A stretch of 64,000 nt of DNA from Geosiphon pyriformis uo1 (Eukaryota > Fungi > Glomeromycota), in contig JAAOMT010000603.1 in assembly GCA_016748015.1 (NCBI GenBank), positions 415,532 through 479,531 on the forward strand, given 5' to 3'. Made by a program: the position numbers and the translations under genes. Below, piece after piece: positions 15,201 through 27,130 of the stretch. Each line of letters opens with the position of its first letter. The stretch's first letter is position 1. The notes under the pieces were generated by a model. That model ran no database searches, was not told the DNA's origin, and saw nothing but the letters and a program-made list of their open reading frames with translations.

Positions 15201-15830
15201 TCAATCACTTGTGCCAAGTTAAATTTAGAAGTAAATATTATTTTAATAATTCCAGCAAATTTTAAAAAAGTAGATGCCTTCTTAAAACTATTGATTTTTG
15301 AAAACAACTTTTTAATTGCCAAAGACTTGTTTTAAGAAAATTTTCCAACAATATTATTCAAATTAATATTCAGAGCAAATAATTTTCTAACAAAAAAATT
15401 GACCAAATTTTTGAAAGAAAAAAAAAACTGGTAGAATATCTAATAAGACATTATTATCTTTATTATTTAAGTAATTGATTTTTCCCAAAGGTATTCTTAA
15501 TGTTTTTTGATTTTAACACATAGACTTTTTAGTATTTAATTAGATTTTTTTCTATTAAAAGTATTGTTTTTTCTATAATTAACATTAATTTCTTCTACCA
15601 AATACTTTTTTTCTATATTAATATTATCAAATTTAATAGTATTACCAGTTTCAAAGTCTCAAAAATAATTACTTAACATTTTAGCAAAAATTATCTTGTT
15701 TTTAATACTGTTTTTTAATGACCTTTTTTTTTTTTAGAAAAAACTTGTTTGCTATTATTATTATTAAGCCAGAACTTTTAATAAACTTTTTTATAACAAC
15801 AATACTAAGACCAATAATGGTTTTGTAATC
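9217..15830 (-). mobile_element. Full-length, heavily AT-mutated LINE (ORF1; ORF2 APE-RT-RNaseH-CCHC), related to the element at 30291-37200
   Basis: ORF fragments match the intact copy: KFDKIWVFTSRLD...LIAKTVN (APE), RKILSKI...LWLVLQN (RT), VELQAITLVLNCVP (RNase H). The 3' UTR ...ATTGGGCCATACTCATAAATAAAT at ~9217-9270 matches 37141-37190. Confidence 0.85.
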
Positions 15831-16489
15831 AAGCAAAAAAGGTTTAAATTTATTATATTAAATAATTAAAAAATATTTTTTCAATAATTGTATTTTTTTG
15901 ATAAATTTTTTGAATATAAAAAAGAAAGAAGTTTTTTTATATTTTTAAACACTTTAAAATATTTTTATTATTATAATTTTAAGTTTTAATTAATTTGATA
16001 ATACTAAATTTTTTTATTATTTTAATTACATAATATAATTTATTATAATTTTATAAATTAAACTAATATTATTATTTATATTTGAATTTAATATAATTAA
16101 AAACCATAAAATTTAACTTAATATTTTTATAATATTTGTAAATTATAAAATATAGATAAAAATAAAATAAAATAATTTTTGTTTTGTTTATTAAGTATTT
16201 TTATTTTTATTTAATTGTTTTATTTTGTTATTTAAATTTGTTTAATAAATTTTTATTTATTTATACATAATTAATTTGTTTATATATTATTTTAATTTAT
16301 AAATATAATTTAAAAATATTAAAATAATATATTTATTAATTTTTTAATATAAATAAATATTTTATATTTAATTATAACTATAATAAACAATAGTATTAAT
16401 ATTACAATATTAATTTTATTATTTATTCATAAATATTAATTAATAAGTTTTTTTTGTTTTTTTATTAACTTAATATTTTTGTTATAATA

Positions 16490-16695
16490 ATTTCTGCAAT
16501 TCATGATAGACTTTTGATTGCAGTACACAAAAGACTTTATGACAAGTTCTATTCTGATATTCTATGTTTATCTTATAGGGAAGTAGAGTTTTTGGATTAT
16601 TTTTTCACATGTTCTAGAAATACAGATTGGTACAAAGTGCTAATTATAAATCATGTTAAGTTTTGGTCTTCTGTAGTTGGTAGAATATTGCCTGA
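16490..16695 (+). mobile_element. 5'-truncated LINE 3' fragment, left part (CCHC region), interrupted by the LTR element
   Basis: IAVHKRLYDKFYSDILCLSYREVEFLDYFFTC is homologous to VAVRKRLYDKCYPSVLCLFCGEVKFSDHAFTC in ORF 36396-36665. Confidence 0.8.
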
Positions 16696-17667
16696 TGTTA
16701 CTAGAGGTTTTTGGTCTTTTTTCTTAAATGTTGGTAATGTTAATTTATTGTGAATTCACGTTCTCAGAAAGTAGGTGAACCTCTAGTAACTGAATTTATC
16801 TTCAAATTATCTCCTATAATCTGAACTGCTGGGCTTATAAGTGGAATAGCCAATTCCTTGCCAGTTATTTTATGTAGTTACATTGTAGTAAACATCAACT
16901 CTTTCCCAGGAATTGCTCGTCTGGAAGCTCACTAAAAATGTGTAGTTACTTTGCTGTGAAAGTCAACTCTTCTACAAGAATTTTGTCTGTAGGCTATCCT
17001 AATGATTGTAATAAAAAAAGAAAAGAAAAATAAAAGAAATGTAAAAGAAATAGGATTTTATTAAGAGAAACGTTTTCTATTCAGGCCTGGAGTTACTAAC
17101 AGTTTATTGAAATTGGTAGTTAATCAATTTCAAAATGTTAATTGGGTTTTGGGGATTTTCCAAGTGCAATAATTAAAGAATTTGGTTTTTTGAATTATTT
17201 GATATTTATTTCTTTTTGTGTGTATAGGAATGGTTCTAAGTGATAAATCTAAAATAAGATACATTTTTTTGAAGAGAAAAGCTCTTCTTTTATACAACTT
17301 GTTGTAGTACTAGTCTATGAACTTGCACTTTTTCTCTTTGCTCAAATTTCGGTGAATTAAAGATACATTTTGATGAACTACAAGTTATTTTGCTGAACTA
17401 TTGATTAATTTGGGTGAACTATTCATAATTTTGGTGAATTTCTTATAAATTTCAGCAAATTTTTGAATATTATAAAGTTCAGAGTATTGTGTAATTTGAT
17501 CATCCTACTTTCTGTTATACTAATTAGATTATTTTGATTGAATTGTGATATGTGATAATTGATTAAATAATAAATGATAATTTGAAATGATATTAATATA
17601 CTAATTAATTATAGGAATTATAAGGGTAATTTCATGCTAATTAATAGCTAAAATTCTACTAGTAACA
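16696..17667 (-). repeat. 3' LTR
   Basis: TGTTACTAG...CTAGTAACA 9-bp terminal inverted repeat; aligns end to end with 25611-26581. Confidence 0.95.
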
Positions 17668-18268
17668 TAATCTCCTCCTCAAGACTGAGCTCCATCAAAG
17701 TCCAAGTACTATCTGTAATATTGAGATAGTAATCCAAAATAATTGAAGTAATCTGGTCTGAAAATTGTTGAAATTCCAGTTCTGTGAGTTTGCCAATGTA
17801 TTGGACTTTCATTGGTTGCAGTATTGGATTTTGTAGAACATTTTCACAAGTATTAAACAAATCATAGAGTCTAAAAGCTGCTTTAAGTTTGTAGTGAGTG
17901 TTTGTTGGTCCAGCTGCTGTTTTGAATTCATTGTGAATTTGTTTTTGTATAGCTTCAGGAGTGAGATTTGTTGCTTCAAGTTCTAGTTTTCATTCATAAA
18001 GTGTCTTTCCAATGTGAAAGTATTTATAGATAGGAGTGTGTTCATTGTTCTGTTTATTGAAAAGTAGTAAAAGTTTTTGTTGTATTGTAGTATTTAATGG
18101 AATGTCAATAGAGGCAATTAAAAGATTTTTTTCTAGTGCTTGCTTTAAAAGTCTTGGTAATCTATTTTCAGAGTGACTTCTTGTTTTTCTTCTATAGGTG
18201 ATAGTTCTGTAAATGATTTGCTACTGGGGCTGTGGTTTCTTTCTGAACATAATTAATTTGACTTCCAT
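17648..18268 (-). pseudogene. Extra ORF3 (~206 codons) downstream of integrase, unknown function
   Basis: ATG at 18268/18250. One frame MEVKLIMFRKKPQPQ*QIIYRT...IYKYFHIGKTLYE*KLELE...KLKAAFRLYDLF...KVQYIGKLTELEFQQF continues to a stop in the 3' LTR, with only two internal stops. Confidence 0.65.
17671..17682 (-). promoter_or_regulatory. Polypurine tract
   Basis: Minus strand GAGGAGGAGA lies immediately before the 3' LTR. Confidence 0.75.
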
Positions 18269-18498
18269 TAATTGTTATGGATAAGTCAGAAAGTGTTTTT
18301 AAGGCTAACATTAACTTTTGGGATATTTGTTGAATATTTCGGGGAATAATCATGATAAAATTGACTAATTATGAAAAGAGAGAATAAGGAAAATTATTTT
18401 TGGGATATGGGGTTTTTATTTGTTTTTGGGTTTGGGTGTTTTTGTAATTTATTTACTATTTTTGTCTTTGTGTTTTTATTGGAGAATTATTGTAAAAT

Positions 18499-21400
18499 TT
18501 AAGTGTTTAAGTTTGATTGTTGTTCTATTATAATTATTGGTTCTAAATTTCGGGAAAAATCTTCAGGATTAATTAAAAGAGAATATGTACCAATTTGTGG
18601 AATTAATGGTTCAGGATTGTTACTGGAATGATAATGTTTCAATCTGTCTCTATGTGCAACTTTTGCTAATATTTTGTCATCAAGTCTTAACTTGTATGAT
18701 CTATTGCCTAGAATTTTGTGAATATAAAATGGTCCATCTCATTTATTTTCAAATTTCTCACTCTATTGTTTTTCAGCCTTAGTTCTGTGTAAGAAAACTT
18801 TATTTCCAACTTTAAATTCATTAGTAATAGGTGATAATTTGTTATCATGTCTTTCTTTTTGTTGAGCTTGGGAATGTTCAATATGAGTTGCTGCTATTCT
18901 TCTTTTTCCTTCCAGTATACTAAGAAGAGTGTAGGCTCTTCTTTGAAATGTTTTTTGAAAGTTTTCTTCATTGATTGGTTGTATTGGGTATGTTTCTACT
19001 ATAAAATTAATTGGTAATATTGCTGTCTTTCTATAAGTAAGATCAAATAATATGTGTTTTGTAGTATTTTGTTTTAGTGTTCTGTATGCTAGTAACACTG
19101 ATGAAATAAAGATATCCCATTCCTGCTCAAAATCTGTTGAGACTTTGGCTAAAGATTCACACAATGTTCTGTTGAAACGTTCTACAAGTCCATTTGTTTG
19201 AAGATGATAAGGTGATGATAAAGGTTTTTTGATATTGAATCATTCACAAATTTCTTGTATCAATTTGTTCACAAAATGTGTTCCTTGATTAGATAAAAGT
19301 TCAATTGGACATCCATGTTTACAAATAATGTCTTTATAGATGAAATTTGCTACTGATTTTGCATCTGCTCTTTGGATGGCTCTAGCTTCAGGCCATTTGA
19401 TAAGATAATTCACTGCAACTGCAATATAACGATTTTCTTGGGTTGTAATAGGTAATGGTCTGACTAAATCAATTCCAACTCTGTCAAAAGATTGTCCAAC
19501 TTTGATTGAATTTAAAGATTCTGTGGGGCAAGTTTTTTCTCTTCTTTGACAACTATTACAAGATTCTACATATTGTCAAATGTCTTTTTGCATGTGAGGC
19601 CAAAAATAATGTTCAAGGGTTCTTTGAATTGTTTTATCTCTTCCCAAGTGTGCTGAAGACAGATCTGTGTGCATGTTGTATAAAATTGTTTCTTTTTCAT
19701 TCTCTTGTACTAATCTGAGTGGTTGGTTTGGGTTTCTGTGATTTTTATAATAGATTTTGTTCTGGTGTATAAAATATTGTTTTGATTGGTATTGTAAACG
19801 ATGTTTTTCACTTGAAGACCAGTTTTTTGGCATGGTAAGAGTCTCCAAATAATTTTTAAGATTGCTGTAATTTCTGGGATCCATTCTTGTTTGGTTATTT
19901 TGTTGGTAGATTGGTAAGTTGTGGTGGAATTGTTGTTGGTATTAATCTTGTCTCATTCTTGAGAGGCTATCAACATTGGTATGTAGTTTTCCTGGTTTGT
20001 GGTGTACAATATATCTGTAGTCTGCTAGGAAGTTATTCCATTGAGACTGTTTGGCACTTTGTTCAGTTTTCTTTTTATTGAACTATTTGAGACCAATATT
20101 GTCTATTATTATGTCAAATTCTTTTCCATTCTTCAGATATTGTTGAAAATATTTAAGAGTCCAAATAACTGTGACAGCTTCTAATTTAGTTGAGCCGTAT
20201 TTTAGTTCTGTTGGTTTGAGTGTTCTACTAGCATAAGTGATGACTTGTTCTTGCCCATTTTTATCTACTTGTGATAAGATGGCACCAAATGCTATGTGTG
20301 AAACATTAGTAGCTAGTTGAAATTGTTTGTTGAAGTCTGGGTAAACAAGAACTGGGGCTGTTGTCAGCTTTGTTTTGAGGGTTTCAAATGCTTTTTGTTG
20401 TTCTTCAGTCTATTTGTATGGCACATTTTTATTGGTGAGATAATTGAGTGGTTTGGCAATTTCTGAGAATCCTTTGATGAATTTTTGATAATAGGAGACT
20501 AATCCTACAAATCCTCGTAGCTCTGTGGTATTTTTTGGGATTTGGAAGTTTTTGATAGCACTAATTGTTCCAGAGTTTGGTTTGACTCTATCTTTGCTAA
20601 CAATATGTCCAAAAAAAATTAAGCTTGTTTTTCCAAAGTAATATTTCTCAATATTTAACTTCAATTCTGCTTTCTGTAATCATTGAAAAACTTCTTGCAG
20701 ATGAATAAGATAGGCTTCAAAGCTTGGTGAGTACACATCAATATCATCAAGATAAACAACTACTGATTGCCATAAGAGTCCTTCATATACAACATTCATG
20801 AGTCATTGGAATGTTACTAGTGCATTGCAGAGTCCAAAAGACATAACATTGAACTTATAGTTTTCTCTTTGGGTGGTGAATACTGTTTTGGGTCGGTCTT
20901 TTGGGTCCATTTTGACTTGCCAGTATTCACTTTCCAAGTCTAAAGTTGAGAAGAACTTGGTTTTTCCTAGAGCATCTAGCATGTCATCAATTCTTGGAAA
21001 AAGATAAGCATCTCCAATTGTAACACTATTCAGTTGTCTATAATTAACACAAAATCTGATTTTTTCATTTTTCATTTTAACTAAAACTACTGATGAGGCC
21101 CAAGGACTTCTTGATAGTTGAATCAATCCGTTATTGAGCATTCTTTGGACCTTTTCTCTGATAAATTGGTGGCTGGCAAGTGGCACTTGATAGGCTTGTT
21201 GATGTTTTGGTGGAGCATCTTCTGTATGAATCTGATGTTGAACAATGTCTGTTTTTCCCAAGTTATTGTTGTCTTTTGCAAATATATCTGCAAATTCAGC
21301 TATCAATTGTTTCAATTGTCTTTGTTGTTGAGGTTCTAAGGGACCCATGTTGATTCGAGAGAGTTTTTCTTCCAAAAAGTAGTAGTTTTCAGTAGTGGGA

Positions 21401-24400
21401 ATGATATTTGGATTTGAAAGTAGAGTGTGCCTTATAATTTCGATGAAATTAGAGACAATTTGAGGGTTTTCATCTTGAAAAATATTGCTGTGTATGATTC
21501 CAATCTCTAGTTTGTTTAATAAAACAATAGGGTAATTATTGGGGTTATAGAATATAACTCAAAATTTTTTTATTCCTTTGGGAATATAAACGTTTGGAAT
21601 TGAGATTTCATGCTTTAAACAGATTTGTTTATTGGATTCAAAGATTTGTTGTGTGGTGGTGGGTTTTGAGCAAGTATAAATTTTGTGATGTTCTCCAAAA
21701 AGTAAAATAGTAATTGGCTGGGAAAGTTGAAGAATTTGGTGAGATTCATTTTGTGTATTAAGAGCTATGTTTACTAGAACTGTAAATCATCCAGTTGAAC
21801 CAAAATCTTGAGTTCTTCTTTTACTTTTTCCCAATTGTTCTCTGTTGTTTACTGATTGTAATCCCGAAATGTTGATTAAGAGTAAGTAAATTGCTTGAGC
21901 AATTTTTTCAACATGTTCAATTTTGAATGGTTTGTCTGTCTCATTCTGTAACATGATAGTAATGTCTCCAGTGTATCCTGCATCTATAACTTCTTCTCTA
22001 ATATTGATTCCTTTGCTTGCCAATAATGATCTGGAGGCAATTTGAACCATTGCTTCTGGTGGAATTTCAAGAGCAATTTTGAGATTGATTTTTGTCAAGG
22101 ACTTTGGTTGGAGAACCAAAGTATTTTTTCCTGAGTATCTTAGGTTATATCCAGCATCAATTTTGTGTGCTTTTTCTGGTCTGATTCCTTGGCCATGGTT
22201 GTCAAAATATTTAAGTTGTAGAGGTGGTTGTTTTTCAAGAAAATAGATGGGTGCAGTTAGTAGTTTTTCTACTAGTTCAGATACTCCAAATTTGATTTCA
22301 TTTTCGTCATTCTCATCTGGCAGAAGAATGCTAAGAGCATAATATTCTAAACACCATTGGTCATCACAAAACATAACACATTCTTCACACAATTGAATGT
22401 TTATTTGCTCTAATCATTGAATTTGAGCTTTTTTGGTCAGATATGTGTGGCTTGCCATTTGGTGATAGGTTTCTACTTCATCTTCATAATCAAATCCAGC
22501 TAATTCTATGGTATACTCAATATATTCAGCTTCTTTCATTTGGCAGACATTTTTTTGGGTGGCTTCATTGATCAATGCCATTGCTAGATCAAAAATTATT
22601 TCAGCATCATGAGGGTAGTGGTAAAGTTTATTGAGAGCACTGTTGTATGCTGCATCAAATAGTGTTCCTCTTCTGACTTTTTCCGAAATTAATAGAGCAT
22701 ATTGACAGGTTTGATCACATACTCCTCTTCTCATTGCTACATCAATCCAATTGCATTCTTCTAGTAGCATTTTTCCACATGTAAGACAAGGAGTTTTGTC
22801 CCATTTTCCACTTCTCTTTGGAGATCCAAATTGTTCTCTATGACATGCCTTGCAGAAGTAACAAGTACGAGTTTCATATTCCTCTTCTGGGGAAATACAG
22901 GCTCCCATAGATAAAAGCTTTTTTTTGCAATCCTTGCATTTTAGTGGAATATATGGTGGTTTTTTTCGTGGTTCTGGTATAGAATATCTAACTTTCTTCT
23001 ATTTCCTTGATTCTTCAAAAATCTCTTGTTCTGTTTCCTCAGCCCAATTGGATGGTAATTCAAGAGCCATGTAGGTTTCAGTGAGTGGCATTTCCTTCTT
23101 TTCTTCAAATTCAGATACTGGAGCTTTTTCTGATTATTTGTTAAAGGTACTACAGATTGCAGGTACTATGGTATATTGTCCTTGGTATGAGATTTTAAGT
23201 TCTTGAGTTTCCCAGTTCAGGTTTGCATTGGCCTTGAGAAGCCAATCATTTCCAACTAGAGCTTGATATTGGGGTGCATTCATAACAAGAACTTTAACTG
23301 GAATGGTGATTCCATCAATTGTAAAGAGGAAGTCATCAATTTCTCCTACTGAAGTCTTCTTCATACCATTAGCTGTAACAATAACTGTTTGAGCTGGTCT
23401 GTCTACATTTTGTTTGAGTTGTTGCATCAGCTGGTAAATGATAATACTTCTAGCTGATCCACTATCTAAGATTAAGCAAATAGGTTTTTCTTCCACTGTA
23501 GCTTCTGTATACATAGCAGTAATTGCTTTCTGTTCATTAACTGTTGCATTACTAAGCAGAAATGGTGATTCATTTGCTTCAAATTCAAATGGAAATATAT
23601 CTGACAGATTGGCATTTTGGGCAATTTGAGCTGGTAGAATAGTGTGGTTGGAAGGGTTTGATCTTGGTGCTACAACTTCACTTTTAGAAAGTGCAGTTTG
23701 TTGAAAATCCGATTCCTCTGGTATTGTAAAATAACTGGATTGAGTGTGATAGTGATTGGGTCTTTGCTGACCAGAATTTCGGGGAACCAACTGGTTATTT
23801 GGATTGATTCTGTTGTGGTTACTCTGCAATTGATTTTGGGGTGTAAATTGGTTATGTTGAACCAATCTTCTTGTTGGTATTTGATATTGTTGAGTGGGTG
23901 GTATCTGATATGGCTGAATTGGTAAAGGTTGCTGATATTGTTGCTGCATTGGTTGTAGAGCTGGTGGATAGTAACTGTTTTGATTTTGTGGTCTTGGTGA
24001 ATAATAGGTTGGTGGTGGAGATTGGTAATAGAATTGTTGTGGTGAAGAGTAATGTTGATTACTCCTGTTTTGTTGGTCTCTTTGTAATTTCCTACAATCT
24101 TGTTTCCAGTGTCCTGGAATTCCACAATAATGACAATTTTGAGATTGGTTGTTGGATGGTGATCCAAAATTGTTTTGGTTGTATTGTTGTGGGGGTTGAT
24201 ATTTTTGTGGTTGTTGTTGCTGTTATTGTTGGTTTGTAAAGTAGCTTTCAACTTTTTTTGTGAGTTGGTCTATCTTCTCTTCAGCTGCTGAGCTGGTTTC
24301 TCTAATTGCAAGGTTTACAAGCTTAGTGTGATTTGCTTTTTCCATTGTCATTTCATAGTTCTTTGCATGTCTAATAGCAGTTGCTAAGTTTGCTGGAGCA

Positions 24401-25565
24401 TGTGGACAGACTTTCTTAATCAGTTTGTCTTTTAACCCTGCTATAAACTGATTCAGAATTTGAGCATCAGAATAGTAGTCATTGGTTTCTAATTGTTGAA
24501 TTCGTCTGAAAAGTTTGTTAAATCTTCCAAGATAGGTCATAACAGTTTCAGATGTTTCTTGTTTGATATTGCAAAAGCGGTTTCTAAGAGTGATAGAGGT
24601 ATTGTTGTCAGTGAATTGTTGTAGAAAAGCATCTTTGAATGCTTGCCAGTTTTCAAATGGTTCTTCTAAATTTTCAAACCATTCTCCTGCTGTTTCTTGG
24701 AGAAAGTAGGGAATTGCTTTAAGCATTTTTGCTGCAATCCAACCATTTGCATCTTCTGCTTTTTGAACTTTGTCAAGCCATTCTTGAGAACTGGTATCAT
24801 CATCTTTACCAATGAATTCTGGGATTTTGCAATGTAAGCAGTTGTCATTTCTTTTTCATTTTCTGTAATTTCTTTTGGTTTTGATTCAGTTTCTTCACTT
24901 TCCAAGCTTTCTGAATAATTACTTTTGTTTTCCTGTAAGTAATCAATGATATTGGCACTTGTTGATATTAGTTTTTGCTGTTGAATAGGGTTTCTAGGTG
25001 ACTGAAAATCTTCTGGTCTGGAGAAGCAGTTGAGTGGTGAATTTGGTGTTTGTAGTTGAACAAGTGAAATTGGGAATGGTGTAATAGAAAGTGGTAATTT
25101 GACACTAGTTTTTTGTTCAAGTGTTTGCAAGTGTTTGGCAGATGTCTTTTGTAGTGTTGGAGTGTTTGAAATGGTTCTTGAGTATTGCTTTAATCTTTGT
25201 TTGCCTTTGTTGCTTGTTTTTGTCTCTGATTCAAAGTCAAAAGAGTATTTAGACTGTACTGGGTATTTTTCTTCACAATACTCAATAATGTTAAAATTAA
25301 GTTCTTGAAAGTAGGTAGCAAGTGTTTCACTGTTCAGGTCTTCTGTTCCCAATTGTGAATAGTGCACTAAATTATTGTAGAGGTTGCTTCTAACTTCTGA
25401 AATGTTGTAGTTTCCAAAAAGATAATTGTTAATGCAGTTTTCAATGTATTGGTATACTGATTTCTTGACAACTTCAATTCCGTCTGGAATGTTGAATCTT
25501 TGCTTGCAGTGGATGTAAATTGACTGGTAATACTCTAGAGTTGCTGTCTCTGGTGTGGTCGCCAC
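18499..25565 (-). pseudogene. gag-pol polyprotein, disrupted by in-frame stops and one frameshift near 24830
   Basis: Retrotrans gag (AGEWFE...WQAFKDAFLQQF), CCHC knuckle CHYCGIPGHWKQDC, protease LILDSGS, RT (LDLESEYWQV, YLDD), RNase H, integrase H2C2/core and GPFY motif. ORF pieces starting at 24726, 23949, 22908, 22392, 21375, 20664, 19884 and 19164 are all in one frame. Confidence 0.93.
21787..22200 (-). pseudogene. dUTPase domain inside the gypsy pol (between protease and RT)
   Basis: All five dUTPase motifs are recognisable: DAGYNL, IASRS, VIDAGYTGDI, KIAQAI, RRTQDFGSTG. Confidence 0.9.
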
Positions 25566-25590
25566 TTTGAATTTGTTGTTGCTGTGTTAT

Positions 25591-25608
25591 TTCCGTGGAA
25601 GAGCACCA
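25591..25608 (-). promoter_or_regulatory. Primer binding site
   Basis: Minus strand TGGTGCTCTTCCACGGAA starts 2 nt after the 5' LTR and is complementary to a tRNA 3' end ...GAGCACCA. Confidence 0.8.
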
Positions 25609-25610
25609 AA

Positions 25611-26581
25611 TGTTATCAGAAGTTTTTGGTCTCTTTTCTTAAATGTTGGTAATGTTAATTTACTGTGAATTCACATTTTCAGAAAGTAGGTGAACCTCCA
25701 GTAACTGAATTTATCTTCAAATTATTTCCTATAATCTGAACTGCTGGGCTTATAAGTAGAATGGCCAATTTCTTGCCAGTTATTTTATGTAGTTACATTG
25801 TAGTAAACATCAACTCTTTCCCAGGAATTGCTCATCTGGAAGCTCACTAAAAATGTGTAGTTACTTTGCTGTGAAAGTCAACTCTTCTACAGGAATCTTG
25901 TCTGTAGGCTATCTTAATAATTGTAATAAGAAAAGAAAAGAAAAATAAAAGAAATGTAAAAGAAATAGGATTTTATCAAGAGAAACGTTTTCTATCCAGG
26001 CCTGAAGTTACTAACAGTTTATTGAAATTGGTAGCTAATCAATTTCAAAACATTAGTTGGGTTTTGGGGATTTTCCAAGTACAATAATTAAAAAATTTGG
26101 TTTTTTGAATTATTTGATATTTATTTCTTTTTGTGTGTATAGGAATGGTTTTAAGTAATAAATCTAAAGTAAGATACATTTTTTTGAAGAGAAAAGCTCT
26201 TCTTTTATACAATTTGTTGTAGTACTAGTCTATGAACTTGCACTTTTTCTCTTTGCTTAAATTTCGGTAAATTAAAGATATATTTTAATGAACTACAAGT
26301 TATTTTGCTGAACTATTGATTAATTTGGGTGAACTATTCATAATTTCGGCGAATTTCTGTAAATTTCAGCAAATTTTTGAATATTATAAAGTTCAGAGTA
26401 TTGTGTAATTTGATCATTCTACTTTCTGTTATACTAATTAGATTATTTTGATTGAATCGTGATATGTGATAATTGATTAAATAATAAATGATAATTTGAA
26501 ATAATATTAATATACTAATTAATTATAGGAATTATAAGGGTAATTTTATGTTAATTAATAGCTAAAATTCTATTGGTAACA
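25611..26581 (-). repeat. 5' LTR
   Basis: TGTTA...TAACA; direct repeat of 16696-17667. TATA-like TATAAAAG on the minus strand near 26202-26209. Confidence 0.95.
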
Positions 26582-26585
26582 CTGA

Positions 26586-27130
26586 GTTGTTATTTATAGT
26601 GCTCTTTTTTTTTGTATTTTTTTAATATTGGTATATACACAATGCTTTGCAAAGATTTTATTATAAAAAACTGAATTAAGGATGTTCTTTTAGCTTTTAA
26701 TAATAGAAAAAAGACAATTTCTGTTCTGGTTAGTTTTTTTCAATGCTTGATTAACCATTATTACCAAGAAATATGGTCTAATAAAACCAAATATAGATTT
26801 AATACTAAGAAAATTAGACTAATATATAATGCTAAAGTAATGTCAAATGTAAATAATGGTTTATATTTGTGTTTATCTAATAGAATAATCCATATGCTTA
26901 ATGTTATAGAGACTTTATCAGTTAGTTTTGGTAGATACTTACAATGTTTCTTTTTTTTGGGTATTAATAATGGTTTAATTGTACATATAAATCTATAATG
27001 TTGTCTAAATTGGCTTAAATAGTTGGTTATATATAGTAAGTACATAAGTTATATCTAGTTAGAGTTTTTTAGTTTAATTCTGTATATTAGATAGCAACTG
27101 GACTATACTCATTAAAATAAAATAAAAAAA
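26586..27130 (+). mobile_element. LINE 3' fragment, right part, with 3' UTR and A-rich tail
   Basis: Continues the ORF2 C-terminus (IGIYTMLCK..., VSFG) and ends TTAGATAGCAACTGGACTATACTCATTAAAATAAAATAAAAAAA, homologous to 37150-37200. Confidence 0.8.

Larger units (their letters stand above)
16696..26581 (-). mobile_element. Full-length Ty3/gypsy LTR retrotransposon (gag-PR-CysRich-dUTPase-RT-RH-IN + ORF3), 4-bp TSD CTGA
   Basis: Two ~971-bp direct LTRs with TG...CA ends. CTGA at 16692-16695 and 26582-26585. PBS and PPT present; domain order RT-RH-IN. Confidence 0.95.

Noticed and set aside
19884-19944. Integrase as a separate ORF with its own ATG
   Set aside because: The upstream TAA is in frame with both RNase H and IN within a Gln-rich linker, so it is most simply a CAA->TAA mutation.
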